Sequence record: CP166271.1
Strand: one strand, 5' to 3'
DNA: 32,000 bases
Made by a program: the position numbers and the translations under genes. A model generated the notes under the pieces. It worked only from the letters and a program-made list of their open reading frames with translations. It made no database searches and was not told where the DNA came from. Below, piece by piece: positions 31,267 through 32,000 of the stretch (the stretch's first letter is position 1; each line of letters begins with the position of its first letter).

Positions 31267-32000
31267 CTATAATAAACTAATATTGCTAGGTATAAATTCA
31301 AAACTATATAAAATACAAGGAATTAAAACAATAAAAGCAACAACAATAGGTAATAAAACAGTTCAGCAAAATGACATTAGTTGATCAAAACGTATTCTAG
31401 GGAATGAAGCTCTAGCTCATATAAAAATAAAAAATCATAATACAAGATTTAATACCTATAGCTAAACCATATAATAATCCTTCTATTAAAGGATATGAAA
31501 ATAAACTATCATTATCTAAATTATTGATATAATAATCGAAATCAAAGTATTGTATTATTCAAAAGAATGATATGTAATTATATAAATAACCCCCTAAAAA
31601 TAAAATGCTAGATAATATACAAATTAAAACAATACTAGCATATTCGGCTAAAAAGAAAAAAACAAAAATAACAGCAGCATGTTCTGTCATAAAACCACTA
31701 ACAAGTTCTGATTCAGCCTCAGCTAAATCAAAAGGAGCTCTATTAGTTTCAGCTATAGATCCTATAAAAAATATAATAAAAATAGGAAATAAAGGTACTA
31801 TAAATCATATAGCTCTTTGGGCTTCAATAATAACAGTAATATTTAGGCTACCTGTTAACATCACTACAAGTAATATAGCAGAACTTAAAAATTAATTCAT
31901 AACTTATTAATTGTGCTGTACTTCTAAGTGATCCTAAGAAAGCGTACTTACTATTAGCACTTCAACCTGCTAACAATATACCATATGTAGCTAAAGAAGA
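31267..32000 (-). CDS. nad1: Second (repeat) copy of the nad1 3' portion, truncated by the window end.
   Basis: Collinear with 3179-3910, with two extra A bases in homopolymer runs. Confidence 0.7.

Larger units (their letters stand above)
28088..32000. repeat. Right copy of the ~3.9 kb direct repeat (partner 1-3910), truncated by the window end.
   Basis: Collinear with 1-3910. The offset drifts from 28087 to 28090 through at least 15 indel events, most of them in A/T runs. Confidence 0.95.

Noticed and set aside
28088-32000. Reading the second copies of nad3, nad2, atp6 and nad1 as a genuine segmental duplication with pseudogenes.
   Set aside because: The repeat reaches both window edges, so the sequence is periodic. 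I saw no substitutions. The differences are homopolymer or single-base indels. Each copy disrupts essential genes that the other preserves. This pattern fits assembly overlap or a concatemer with uncorrected errors better than biological paralogy. It still needs read-level confirmation.

Overview
This window is slightly more than one unit length of a compact, very AT-rich fungal mitochondrial genome. It looks like a filamentous ascomycete (Pezizomycotina). Every gene I can identify lies on the minus strand. TGA is read as Trp: there are many in-frame TGA codons at conserved Trp positions, and a tRNA-Trp with anticodon UCA is present.

The window is periodic. Positions 1-3910 repeat at 28088-32000, a period of about 28,087-28,090 bp. 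I therefore read it as a circular or concatemeric molecule of about 28.1 kb, not a chromosome segment.

One unit encodes, in minus-strand order: cox2, nad4L, nad5, cob, cox1, rns, nad6, an RNase P RNA (rnpB), nad4, cox3, rnl, atp9, an unassigned ORF region, nad1, atp6, nad2 and nad3. The rnl gene carries one group I intron that contains rps3. I folded 25 canonical tRNAs by eye, and together they cover all 20 amino acids.

Observations worth a second look:
- The two repeat copies differ only by small indels, mostly in homopolymer runs.
- Many conserved genes are frame-broken exactly at homopolymer runs. Sequence error is the most economical explanation; slippage is a less likely alternative.
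- Two small families of tRNA-like elements with degenerate or missing anticodon arms sit at gene junctions.
- A roughly 1.07 kb region (4909-5976) holds ORFs with no family I recognise. They may be a single gene of about 356 codons.
- I could not find atp8.
- An unassigned spacer richer in G+C lies next to rnpB.
- A shared A8-TC-A10 leader motif precedes cob and cox2.

I see no evidence for a novel multi-gene system. The unassigned ORF region and the tRNA-like elements are the best candidates for something undescribed.
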